The notes under the pieces were generated by a model that made no database searches, was not told the origin of the DNA, and worked only from the letters and a program-made list of their open reading frames with translations. Of a stretch of 38,459 nt of DNA, positions 20,377-28,743 are shown in pieces; the first letter of the stretch is position 1; every line of letters starts with the position of its first letter. The DNA is from a virus (lineage: Duplodnaviria > Caudoviricetes): the IMG/VR virus record IMGVR_UViG_3300037963_002236, positions 1-38,459 of that record, one strand, 5' to 3'. A program made the translations under genes and the position numbers.

Positions 20377-21261
20377 TTATTCAAAAAAATTATAGTTCTT
20401 TAATGCATCGGCCCTGGCAGACTTGTAATCCTTTGGTTTGCTAACTGGCTCTTCATGTAACCCTTTAACTGCACCTTCAGGTTCAGGTATGCTTTTCATG
20501 GCTTTTGCATTTCTAGCCCTATTTACTGCGGTCTTAAAAGCACTATCCTCAGATGATGAATGATAGGTTAAAACAAATGCATCTTGTAAACCATCAAGTC
20601 CAGTAAAGCCTTTTTCAATGGCAGTCGTAATGACCTCATCCATTAAATTTTGGTCTTCTAGTTCAGGATGCTTTTGTTTGAGTTCAGTAAGGTCCTGGAG
20701 AACTTGCTTATCGGCTTCTTGAATTGCTTGTTCTTCTTCTTTCTCTCGCTGTAACTCGTTTAATCTATCTTCCAACTCCTGGACCCTATCTGGGTCCTTT
20801 GTGTCCTGATTTTGTATCTCTTCCGCTTTGCTAGGATTAAAGATGGGATGGTCATCATCTAATACACTCCGTAAGGCTTCTATTGCATCTTCATCATTTC
20901 GCAAGTCTTTCCATACTTTACTTTCAGCTTCAAAAGCTTTACGTTCAGCAGATATTTCTTGCGCTTTTTCCGTATTCGACTTCTGCCATTCATTTTTATT
21001 ATTAAATGCTTCAAGTGCTTGGCTAATCGTTTCCATATCGTATTCATTACCATCTAATTCCAAACTCTCGATTTCCACGCCATCATCCTGGCCTTCTGTT
21101 ACCACCTCTTCTACTTGAGTTGATTGGTCCACAACGACATCTTCAAGTGGGGCTGTTGGTTCCACCCCTTGCTCAATAGGTGACCCATCAGTTGATAAAC
21201 TAGCCAATTCATCATTTGTTATAGTAACACCTGAATAACTAGTTTTATATTCTTCTGACAT
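20377..21261 (-). CDS. Capsid scaffolding protein
   Basis: 294 aa, very acidic with coiled coil, immediately upstream of the capsid gene; AGGAG SD. Confidence 0.8.
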   Translation of the reverse strand: MSEEYKTSYSGVTITNDELASLSTDGSPIEQGVEPTAPLEDVVVDQSTQVEEVVTEGQDDGVEIESLELDGNEYDMETISQALEAFNNKNEWQKSNTEKAQEISAERKAFEAESKVWKDLRNDEDAIEALRSVLDDDHPIFNPSKAEEIQNQDTKDPDRVQELEDRLNELQREKEEEQAIQEADKQVLQDLTELKQKHPELEDQNLMDEVITTAIEKGFTGLDGLQDAFVLTYHSSSEDSAFKTAVNRARNAKAMKSIPEPEGAVKGLHEEPVSKPKDYKSARADALKNYNFFE

Positions 21262-21316
21262 AGATTCTCCTATTTTATGTTAAAATCTTTGTTATTTTTA
21301 CAGAAGCATCAAACCA

Positions 21317-21451
21317 TCAATATGATGATTTAGAAGGTTTTTTATATTTAACCTTAGCTTTCTTCTTATGCTTCTTGACTTTGACTTTTTTCTTAGATGT
21401 CTTTGATGTTTCCATTACACCTACAACTGTCTTACCTTTTTTATTTTTCAT
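21317..21451 (-). CDS. Tiny Lys-rich basic protein (44 aa, not in ORF track)
   Basis: MKNKKGKTVVGVMETSKTSKKKVKVKKHKKKAKVKYKKPSKSSY; starts 2 nt after the upstream stop. Confidence 0.7.
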   Translation of the reverse strand: MKNKKGKTVVGVMETSKTSKKKVKVKKHKKKAKVKYKKPSKSSY

Positions 21452-21453
21452 GA

Positions 21454-21741
21454 TTAGTATCCGCGCTTTTTATTAATCTTATCTACTACTTTGTTATACA
21501 ACTTAGGACCTTGTTTCATAATAGCTTCTGTCAACGCTTGTGCGCCCATCATCTGACCCAAGATTTTTACCCTTGGTTTCATAGACTTACCTTTCATAGC
21601 GTGTGCTTGTGCTACCAGTGTTGAAGCTACCTGACCAGCTAATTTCTGAGAAGGGTAGTCAGCTATATATTTCATTTTCTTTAATTTTTTCTTTTTCTTT
21701 TTCTTTTTTGCTAAAGAGTTCATGTATTTTTCTTTATCCAT
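21454..21741 (-). CDS. Small basic protein with a poly-Lys tract
   Basis: 95 aa, K8 run, TAATG-coupled to the upstream ORF. Confidence 0.75.
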   Translation of the reverse strand: MDKEKYMNSLAKKKKKKKKLKKMKYIADYPSQKLAGQVASTLVAQAHAMKGKSMKPRVKILGQMMGAQALTEAIMKQGPKLYNKVVDKINKKRGY

Positions 21742-21890
21742 TATTTCCCCACTTGCTTCATTGCAGTTTTATGTGCTTTGTCAAATGACATACCACGATT
21801 AATTAATGCTTTCATCACTTTCATATGCTTAGAAGTATGATGCTTCCTATGCTTTTTAAGCATTTCCATATATTTCTCTTTATTATGCAT
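21741..21890 (-). CDS. Tiny His/Lys/Met-rich basic protein (49 aa, not in ORF track)
   Basis: MHNKEKYMEMLKKHRKHHTSKHMKVMKALINRGMSFDKAHKTAMKQVGK; overlaps both neighbours. Confidence 0.75.
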   Translation of the reverse strand: MHNKEKYMEMLKKHRKHHTSKHMKVMKALINRGMSFDKAHKTAMKQVGK

Positions 21891-22098
21891 AGCTAGTTCC
21901 GCTTTTCTTTTTTTTCTTCTTTTTCTTCTTCTTTTCTAAAGATGCTAAATATTTTTCATCTTTACTTGTTTGCGATTCTTTTAAAGCTTTAGCAGTGGGC
22001 GCACCTTCTTCACCAGGCTTTCTCATTCTCTCACCGCTACCTTGTGCTATTCTTTTTCTTTTAGCCCATATATTGGCCCATAAACCTCTTTTAGCCAC
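21883..22098 (-). CDS. Small basic protein with a K10 tract
   Basis: 71 aa; GLWANI..KRKRI..GSGE.MRKPG..GAPT motif, recognisable from other phage head modules. Confidence 0.8.
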   Translation of the reverse strand: MAKRGLWANIWAKRKRIAQGSGERMRKPGEEGAPTAKALKESQTSKDEKYLASLEKKKKKKKKKKSGTSYA

Positions 22099-22360
22099 AC
22101 TTACATCTCCATTTTCTTAATGCTTTATTTATTCTACTGTTAGGGTCCCTAGCTGTTTTAGCTGATGTTAACCTCTTTTTCATTCCGCACATTCTAGCGC
22201 AAAAACTTTTTCTTCTTTTCTTAGCATCACCTTTGGGATTCTTCTTTGTTACTGGTGCTTTTAGATTACCCCCAGTGGCACGATTATAACTGGCACGACC
22301 TTTAGCATTTAGGCCACCTGATTCAGATTGACCTTCTTTTTTAGTCCATGCTTGGCTCAT
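22091..22360 (-). CDS. Small basic protein (DUF6321-like)
   Basis: Likely start ATG 22360; GGLNAKGR..LKAP..RRKSFCARM..DPNSR..ALRKWRC. Confidence 0.75.
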   Translation of the reverse strand: MSQAWTKKEGQSESGGLNAKGRASYNRATGGNLKAPVTKKNPKGDAKKRRKSFCARMCGMKKRLTSAKTARDPNSRINKALRKWRCKCG

Positions 22361-24125
22361 TACCAACCCCTTGTATGTTTTGCGCTAAGCCTGGATTTGA
22401 TTGTAACTGTTGAAATATTTCATCTTCTGACATCCCTTCAAACATTGATGGGTCCATTTGTTGTTGCCCTTCTTGTTGTTTAGCAATCAACCTTTCTATA
22501 CCAGGCAGTCTCATATTTTCTAAAATATATTGTGGGTCTTGTATTAAACCAGCTTGAGCCAATGATAATATCTTTTCTTCTACATAAGCCCTATTATCAG
22601 GTAACATACTTCCTACTCTAGCGCGTACCATAGTATCGATTTCATTAAATTCCATACCCATGTAGTTTATTTGCATATCTTGACCTTCTGCATCTGTTGT
22701 AGCTAAAGTATGTATGGATGTACCCATATTTTTAATCATAGCTATCCACATCTGACCGAGTATTTGCATAGCGGCATCTAACTGTCTAGCTTTAAAATCA
22801 ATCTTACTTGTTGCCGCGCTTCTGTATACTTGCGCTTGAACACCACTAGTTACATTTGGTTCTTGTTTACCCATTGTAGCTTTATTTACCCCTGAGACAG
22901 TCTCAAACATATCTACTAATAGTTGGTAGAAGTTAAAAACGTATCCTGGGATTGAAGCTGGTTGTAACATCTGCACTTGTCCAGGACCTCGCTTACGAAT
23001 CACAGAACCAGGTTTATTATTGATTTGGTCTTGTACATCTGCTGTTTCATCTACAACAAACATTGGGTTAGCAATTAGATGTACATTATCCATTACCTGA
23101 GATGCTATTCGGTCCAGTGCAAGATTTATACTCTTTAGTCTTTTCGGTTCGGGTTTACCCCAGAACGAATGTGCGCTACCACCATTCTTCATAACAACGT
23201 AAGGAAATGGATAAGGACATCTATTCATTTTATCCAGGAACTGATACTTACTAGGCCCATCGTATAGTATGATGTCGTTTGCCATGCACACCTTTCGTAG
23301 CCCACCTGGATATTTTGGTTTGCCAACCTTACCATCTTTATCAGACTCTTCCTGGGTATATTCGACACTTCCATCTCTCATATACACTTCAACCAGTAAG
23401 GCTCGTTCTTCCAAGTTTTGCATAGCCTCAGTTTCACCTTCAAAGTAATTAGTCTCTGTCCCATGTGAATCAGTTACCTGGATAAGTGATTTATCACCTT
23501 GTTTAACTTCGGTAATCTTTAATGCCTCATATTCATTTAACTTACCCATAGGCTTTACTAAATGCCCCTTTTCAGGAAATAATTCTTTTATTTCATATAA
23601 TGGCCTAGGCGCCATATGAATAATCCATTGTGCATTTTCTAACTTTGTAGCACTAGGATTAACATAAAAACTAAATGGGTCCACAATGTCACAATCAGGT
23701 AAATCATCATGCATGTTCCAATTTAGCTTTACAATACCAGTACCATAGACAAGATAGTCAGTAAGCCACTCAGGAACTAATGTTGCCATATCGCGCATAT
23801 ACCACAAATCATCTATTTGCGCTTGTAAAGTTTTAGCAACAAACTTCGATTCATCAGAGGCACCCACTGGTATTACATCTATCTTCGGAGGCTGAGATGA
23901 CATAATCGGTATCTGGGTATCAATAACATTTGCTATCATGTCTAAGGTTAACTGGTTCTTAAATTCAGGCATGGACATACCTTCCCAATGTTCGCCCATA
24001 TATAACTTTTCTGATTCGCGCCACAAATGACCAGTTTTTCTCCTGGCTCTCTTTGCGCTATCCATCATAGCATTAATTTTTTTTACTAATTCTTTTTCTT
24101 CGTGGGTAGGTTTGTATTCTTGCAT
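22341..24125 (-). CDS. Portal protein (P22-like)
   Basis: 594 aa after terL; Y.G.HW, YGTGIVK..W, VDPFSFYVNP.A, P.PYV and SGV..A..G..TSGV motifs; Q-rich tail. Confidence 0.88.
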   Translation of the reverse strand: MQEYKPTHEEKELVKKINAMMDSAKRARRKTGHLWRESEKLYMGEHWEGMSMPEFKNQLTLDMIANVIDTQIPIMSSQPPKIDVIPVGASDESKFVAKTLQAQIDDLWYMRDMATLVPEWLTDYLVYGTGIVKLNWNMHDDLPDCDIVDPFSFYVNPSATKLENAQWIIHMAPRPLYEIKELFPEKGHLVKPMGKLNEYEALKITEVKQGDKSLIQVTDSHGTETNYFEGETEAMQNLEERALLVEVYMRDGSVEYTQEESDKDGKVGKPKYPGGLRKVCMANDIILYDGPSKYQFLDKMNRCPYPFPYVVMKNGGSAHSFWGKPEPKRLKSINLALDRIASQVMDNVHLIANPMFVVDETADVQDQINNKPGSVIRKRGPGQVQMLQPASIPGYVFNFYQLLVDMFETVSGVNKATMGKQEPNVTSGVQAQVYRSAATSKIDFKARQLDAAMQILGQMWIAMIKNMGTSIHTLATTDAEGQDMQINYMGMEFNEIDTMVRARVGSMLPDNRAYVEEKILSLAQAGLIQDPQYILENMRLPGIERLIAKQQEGQQQMDPSMFEGMSEDEIFQQLQSNPGLAQNIQGVGNEPSMD

Positions 24126-24347
24126 TTAATCTCCAATAATAGGATACTCACTTAAACCACTTGCAGTGGTAATAATATCCATATATGCTTCACGAACATC
24201 AGGAGCCATCTCATTAAGTTCGTCATCTTCTGTAATTTCAACTCTAAACCATTCATGAGTTTCAAAATCATATCTTTCAACTACCCTCTTAGTCCTGGGA
24301 CTTCTGTTTTGTTTGCTTCGAACTTCTGCATCAGTTTTTGTATCCAT
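24126..24347 (-). CDS. Small acidic hypothetical protein
   Basis: 73 aa filling the terL-portal gap; start uncertain because it overlaps terL. Confidence 0.5.
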   Translation of the reverse strand: MDTKTDAEVRSKQNRSPRTKRVVERYDFETHEWFRVEITEDDELNEMAPDVREAYMDIITTASGLSEYPIIGD

Positions 24348-25642
24348 GGTTTAGCTTCTTCTTCTTCTGGTTTACCTATGGCCATCATTTGATATCTAAC
24401 ACTATCAAGTAAATGGTCAGGTCCAGTCGTATCTAAATCTTCAGGCCGCTTAATATCGTGAACAAGCATTGGTATCGTTTCAATAAACTTCCTACAAGTC
24501 TTGAAAACAAAGAACTTAGGCGGTGTATTTTCATCCCATTTTAGATACTCGCGCAGAAGGTTCCAACCATTCAAGCGGTTATTATTAGCTTTTATTGCAT
24601 TTATTCCACCTTTTCGTAATAAATCTGCTATTGCTTGGTGGGAACCAGCTGGTATATCAGAACGATTTGAATTCATGGGGTTACGAATCCACATACTAGG
24701 GTCACCTAGAGTCATTCTATATTCCTCGCCTTCACTTAATGCATTAATTGCATCAATGTGACCACTTAATTCCATTTCAGCTACATAATACTCCTTGTAT
24801 AGATAGCAATCACCACTGGGACTTACCGCTATCCAACTAACAGCAAAAGGTGCCTTATAACCATAATCTATGCCGCGAAACCTATACCATGTACTAGGTA
24901 TCCTAAATGGTTCTACTACATGCACATCATAACGCCATTGACTAAAATATTGTCCGTAGTAAACATCCCAGTCACCATCAAGCCATGCGCGGCGCAATTC
25001 TTCTGGTAAACCTTTTAACATTTCCATATATCCTGGGTCCTCTTTCATTAAGGTAGGATTGTCATGTATTTTACTTGGTATGAATATTCTAGTCCTGGAT
25101 GTTACTGGGTCATAATATGTTTTTTCTGGTTCATTTGATAAAAATCTTGATTTAAACCAATTATGTCCAGGTCCACCAGGATTACATGTTAAAAATATTT
25201 GGGGGGATAGCCCAATTGTGCTACGACAACTAGAAATAAGCTTTAAGTAATCTTCTTCATCACCTATCAATGTAGCTTCCTCAATACCCATTTTATGGTA
25301 TTCGTGACCCTGGTATTTCTGATAGGCTTGTTTATCCATTAAGTGGCCAGTTCTGATAATTGCACCAGTGGGGAATCTAAATTCTGCTGGATTACCAACC
25401 ACATCTACATCTAGGTGTTTATACATCTGTGTAGCCCTATCTATGTAATCGCGTAAGTCATCGTAGTTACGGCGTATAATAAGGCCTCTATAAAGTGAAT
25501 TATTAATATATTCAGGTTCTACCATCCAGGCCATTAGACAGCTGGATTTACCCCCACCTCTCGCACCACCAAATGCTATTTCAAATTCTTGTCTTGCGAG
25601 TGCAAATGCTTGTCTTGGATGCGGTTCCCAATGTATTTGCAT
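24281..25642 (-). CDS. terL: Terminase large subunit
   Basis: Walker A GGARGGGKS, Walker B-like MGIEEA, TCNPGG coupling motif, RNase H-like nuclease GIDYG..DH..D..RY. Confidence 0.95.
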   Translation of the reverse strand: MQIHWEPHPRQAFALARQEFEIAFGGARGGGKSSCLMAWMVEPEYINNSLYRGLIIRRNYDDLRDYIDRATQMYKHLDVDVVGNPAEFRFPTGAIIRTGHLMDKQAYQKYQGHEYHKMGIEEATLIGDEEDYLKLISSCRSTIGLSPQIFLTCNPGGPGHNWFKSRFLSNEPEKTYYDPVTSRTRIFIPSKIHDNPTLMKEDPGYMEMLKGLPEELRRAWLDGDWDVYYGQYFSQWRYDVHVVEPFRIPSTWYRFRGIDYGYKAPFAVSWIAVSPSGDCYLYKEYYVAEMELSGHIDAINALSEGEEYRMTLGDPSMWIRNPMNSNRSDIPAGSHQAIADLLRKGGINAIKANNNRLNGWNLLREYLKWDENTPPKFFVFKTCRKFIETIPMLVHDIKRPEDLDTTGPDHLLDSVRYQMMAIGKPEEEEAKPWIQKLMQKFEANKTEVPGLRG

Positions 25643-25644
25643 TT

Positions 25645-25860
25645 TTACGACCCCCAGTATGTGTTTTTTCTGTACTTGGTTTGTTCGTACTTAGTCATAT
25701 CCTTCCAGCATTTAGGTAGGTATTCAGCACGACTATCACAACCACTTGCTAATCCGCAGTATGTGTATGTTTCCTTATCGACTACGCCACTATGTATGTT
25801 ATAATTTGATTTAGTAGCGAAAGCGCATTTACGATTTATCTTCGGGCATACATCAAACAT
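25645..25860 (-). CDS. Small Cys-rich hypothetical protein
   Basis: 71 aa with 5 Cys; purine-rich SD-like AAGGGAAG upstream. Confidence 0.6.
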   Translation of the reverse strand: MFDVCPKINRKCAFATKSNYNIHSGVVDKETYTYCGLASGCDSRAEYLPKCWKDMTKYEQTKYRKNTYWGS

Positions 25861-26090
25861 ATTCTTCCCTTGGTTTTATTGGTTGTCTTTACGACTATAA
25901 AAAGTTTTTTCATATTCTGTCTGGGACTCCTACATGATATTCGGGCCGATGGGACCCGACCAATGGGATGGCCCCCCTCGCAAATAATTTAATCGGTGTC
26001 GATGCACATTATAAATATTTTCACAAGGCAAAGCGACCCAGCCCATTACAATAACATGCAGACCTCCTCGGTACAGCATCATCTGGCTCA

Positions 26091-26456
26091 CTATTGGCTC
26101 ACCTCTGGCCCAGGGTCACCAACGTCACCAGGGGACTCGGTAGGCAAAAAAGTTTCGCTCACAGCCTGGCCAGTCGTACTTATTTTAGGTGGGTCAAGCG
26201 GTGCCTTCTCAGGCAGAACAATCACCCCAGTTATACCTTTCTGTTCCACTTCCAATTGCATTGCTTTTAAATCTGGGACCAGTTTGGGCAGTAGGATACG
26301 CCACGCTGATACCTGGCGCTTATCATCATCATTCATAGCTACATCAAATAGCTTTTGTATTAATTCGTTCTTCTGTGGGTGGTTACGAACCAGGTCCTTC
26401 ACTGACGTTTTAGGCCTCCCAGTGGGATTACCTGACTCTCCTTTTATAAATGGCAT
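26091..26456 (-). CDS. terS: Terminase small subunit
   Basis: N-terminal PFIKGESGNPTGRPK motif; first gene of the late operon, upstream of terL. Confidence 0.8.
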   Translation of the reverse strand: MPFIKGESGNPTGRPKTSVKDLVRNHPQKNELIQKLFDVAMNDDDKRQVSAWRILLPKLVPDLKAMQLEVEQKGITGVIVLPEKAPLDPPKISTTGQAVSETFLPTESPGDVGDPGPEVSQ

Positions 26457-26486
26457 TCTATTGTTTTTACATTGTTAATTAACCTG

Positions 26487-26516
26487 ATTATATGGTAGGC
26501 AGATGTACGCTTTCAA
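26487..26516 (-). promoter_or_regulatory. Sigma70-type promoter for the terS/late operon
   Basis: TTGAAA-N18-TATAAT on the - strand, about 30 nt upstream of the terS ATG. Confidence 0.6.
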
Positions 26517-26545
26517 CACATAATTATATTATTTTTAAATATTAC

Positions 26546-26575
26546 TTGCATAGTATAGTGTTGCAGTGTTACACT
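26546..26575 (+). promoter_or_regulatory. Sigma70-type promoter for the early operon
   Basis: TTGCAT-N18-TACACT with an extended -10 TG. Confidence 0.55.
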
Positions 26576-26620
26576 CTTGCCACACAAACAACCAAGAAAG
26601 AAACAAAACAAGGAGATTAT

Positions 26621-26962
26621 ATGTTTTACGTCACAGATTATAAAGTTAAAACCAACGTCACAACTGAGTCATTTAAGGAAGTTGTTAAGAGGGCTATCGA
26701 CATGGATGTATTTGTCAGCTTAGACCAGGGTGTTATGAAATTTACTGTCGATTATGTTGTCAATAAGCAACTAGGAGACAAAGATGCTAGATATGCTATC
26801 TGGAACTGGATGGGTACACTCAGACTAATTGATTATAGCGACCCAAATGCATACTCAAAAAAGTCAGGTGAGTGGCCAATTATTACTGACATTATGTGGT
26901 CCAAAGAACTCAGCAATACAATCTACATTGAAACTACTATTGATAGTTCTGAAGAAGAGTAG
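26621..26962 (+). CDS. Early hypothetical protein (113 aa)
   Basis: AAGGAG SD before ATG 26621; the ORF-track start at 26492 lies upstream of the promoter. Confidence 0.75.
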   Translation: MFYVTDYKVKTNVTTESFKEVVKRAIDMDVFVSLDQGVMKFTVDYVVNKQLGDKDARYAIWNWMGTLRLIDYSDPNAYSKKSGEWPIITDIMWSKELSNTIYIETTIDSSEEE

Positions 26963-26965
26963 CAT

Positions 26966-27025
26966 CCATACTGATGATGGCCCAGGTGGTTCCTGGGCCG
27001 AAACACTAAGTGTCTATGGTAACCA
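26966..27025 (+). ncRNA. Type I hammerhead ribozyme
   Basis: Stem I CCAUA/UAUGG; core CUGAUGA plus an extra U; stem II GGCCCAGG/CCUGGGCC; GAA; stem III ACAC/GUGU; GUC cleavage triplet (cut after 27014); loop II UGGUU complementary to the 3' tail AACCA (27021-27025). Confidence 0.9.
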
Positions 27026-27048
27026 AAAATAAAACAAGGACAGCAATC

Positions 27049-27642
27049 ATGAACATAAATCAAAAAGAAACTTTTAAAAATAGGACTCTAACCCAAATAG
27101 CGCTTAACACCGCCATTAGATACTTCATGGATTTTGCATACAATAGATTACAAGATATGTGGAAGATGAAGAAGGATGGTACTTTCTACAAACAAACCCA
27201 GGATGTGATTGATGCATACATCAAGTTAATTCTGGAATGTACCAGTGACCATATGGCTACAGTTTATGGCGCAGATATCAAGGGTTTGAATGCATACATA
27301 GGAAATGGCTATAAAGGCCCAGGAAACAATCAAAAGTTTAACTTTAAGGTTAGTGCTAGGTATTGTGATACAACTTGTGATGAGCCGCAATGGCTAACCC
27401 AGGGCAACTATATGTACGTTGGTAAGAGTGCGCCAGAGTGGCTTAATGCAGATGACTATGAAGAGAATAATAAGAAATTCATCCAGGACCAAAAAGACAA
27501 GTATCCTATCGTATCTGTAAAGGATGCTATGACAGCACAACGACATTACATGAGGCTTAAAAAAGCTATCGATGATGCAAGACAAGCAAGGCGCGATTTT
27601 GCATACGATTTTGGTTCAGAATATTTATCAAACAATCTTTAG
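27049..27642 (+). CDS. Early hypothetical protein
   Basis: AAGGA SD, ATG 27049 (MNINQKETF). Confidence 0.8.
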   Translation: MNINQKETFKNRTLTQIALNTAIRYFMDFAYNRLQDMWKMKKDGTFYKQTQDVIDAYIKLILECTSDHMATVYGADIKGLNAYIGNGYKGPGNNQKFNFKVSARYCDTTCDEPQWLTQGNYMYVGKSAPEWLNADDYEENNKKFIQDQKDKYPIVSVKDAMTAQRHYMRLKKAIDDARQARRDFAYDFGSEYLSNNL

Positions 27643-27656
27643 AAAAGAACAGCAAT

Positions 27657-27815
27657 ATGAAACATATAATATCAAAAAATAATTTTCACAAATTAAGGAA
27701 TGAAATTGCTAATTGCTTTAATGTTTGTTCGGATGATGATTTTATGGCTTTAGATGACGAATTACCAAGGATATTAGAAGAGCAATTAAATGTAAAAGTA
27801 AATTGGGATTTATAA
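27657..27815 (+). CDS. Small early hypothetical protein (52 aa, not in ORF track)
   Basis: MKHIISKNNFHKLRNEIANCFNVCSDDDF...; fills the gap and carries the shared leader motif. Confidence 0.7.
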   Translation: MKHIISKNNFHKLRNEIANCFNVCSDDDFMALDDELPRILEEQLNVKVNWDL

Positions 27816-27835
27816 CTAAAACAAGGAACAGCGAC

Positions 27836-28018
27836 ATGAAAACAGTTAAACAATACTTTAGAATTGATTATACAGATTATCAATGGTATCAATTAATGAT
27901 AAAGAATAACCAAAATTTGCCAATTAGATATGAAGATTGCTTTGATGAGTGTGGAGAATTGAAGGATAAATACTGGGACATTTTTTTGGTAGATATATTT
28001 CAAACTAATCATAACTAG
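27836..28018 (+). CDS. Small early hypothetical protein (60 aa)
   Basis: AAGGA SD, ATG 27836 (MKTVKQYF). Confidence 0.7.
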   Translation: MKTVKQYFRIDYTDYQWYQLMIKNNQNLPIRYEDCFDECGELKDKYWDIFLVDIFQTNHN

Positions 28019-28032
28019 AAAGGGACAGCGCA

Positions 28033-28743
28033 TTGAAGAAAGTATATATAAATAGAAACCCAGAGAGTAGCACTGAACAAGGCAGTGTAGATTTGAAAGT
28101 ACGTTTAGACTTTCCACCAATCCAGCGTGACTTTTTTAATAGATGCTTTGATGATTTAAAGAAACGTATCCAACGCATGACCAATAATCGCAAGATTGGA
28201 ATCCATCATGACGTTCAATGGAATCCATTATGGTCCTGGAATTGGGAATTGAAATATCTACCACTTACAAGGTTAGAGGCTTGGCGTTATGATGAGTATA
28301 GTATGGACCTAATTAAAGGCTATACCAAAGATAGTAAATGGGGCTATAAACATACGTTAAAAGACCCTAATAAAACTTTTAGGGTAGCGAAGAACAAACA
28401 TGATAAAAAATGGCCAGTATTTATGGATTTTAACGCCCATAAATCACCAGAGATTTATGTGTCATTTAGCATATATGACCTGGATTATATCAATGTAGAT
28501 GGTGAGATATTTATAAGTCAGAAGGAAGTATGGAACTTAGAAAAGGCTTTGAAAAGGGTTCATAAAAACTGGCTTAAAGCTTGGGAAAGTTGTTTTGCTG
28601 AGGCACAAAGCATAGTAGATGAAATCAAGGGTGAAGGTGACTTTAAAAATTCTCCAGGATGCTATGAAGAAGGTGGTAGTATGTATGAATGGTTTGGTAA
28701 GCATGAGATTATTAAGTGGGAGAAAAGTAGGGGTTTAGTATGA
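28033..28743 (+). CDS. Early hypothetical protein (Trp-rich)
   Basis: 236 aa, TTG start after AAGGGA; ATGA-coupled to the integrase. Confidence 0.75.
   Translation: MKKVYINRNPESSTEQGSVDLKVRLDFPPIQRDFFNRCFDDLKKRIQRMTNNRKIGIHHDVQWNPLWSWNWELKYLPLTRLEAWRYDEYSMDLIKGYTKDSKWGYKHTLKDPNKTFRVAKNKHDKKWPVFMDFNAHKSPEIYVSFSIYDLDYINVDGEIFISQKEVWNLEKALKRVHKNWLKAWESCFAEAQSIVDEIKGEGDFKNSPGCYEEGGSMYEWFGKHEIIKWEKSRGLV

Noticed and set aside
21680-21940. Programmed -1 frameshift at A AAA AAG in the poly-Lys tracts
   Set aside because: For the K10 tract the -1 frame stops within a few codons and no stimulatory structure is evident; the downstream ORFs have their own coupled starts
5992-25642. Stop-codon reassignment
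   Set aside because: Genes are full-length and tightly packed under the standard code; TAA, TAG and TGA are all used as stops
1700-26478. Numerous 60-170 aa ORFs antisense to or nested in the late genes (e.g. 5066, 11858, 15494, 20828, 25996)
   Set aside because: Shadow frames of long genuine - strand genes, with no SD or recognisable motifs
26829-27048. ORF 26829-27032 and the GTG start at 27010
   Set aside because: Both overlap the hammerhead; the SD-supported start is ATG 27049
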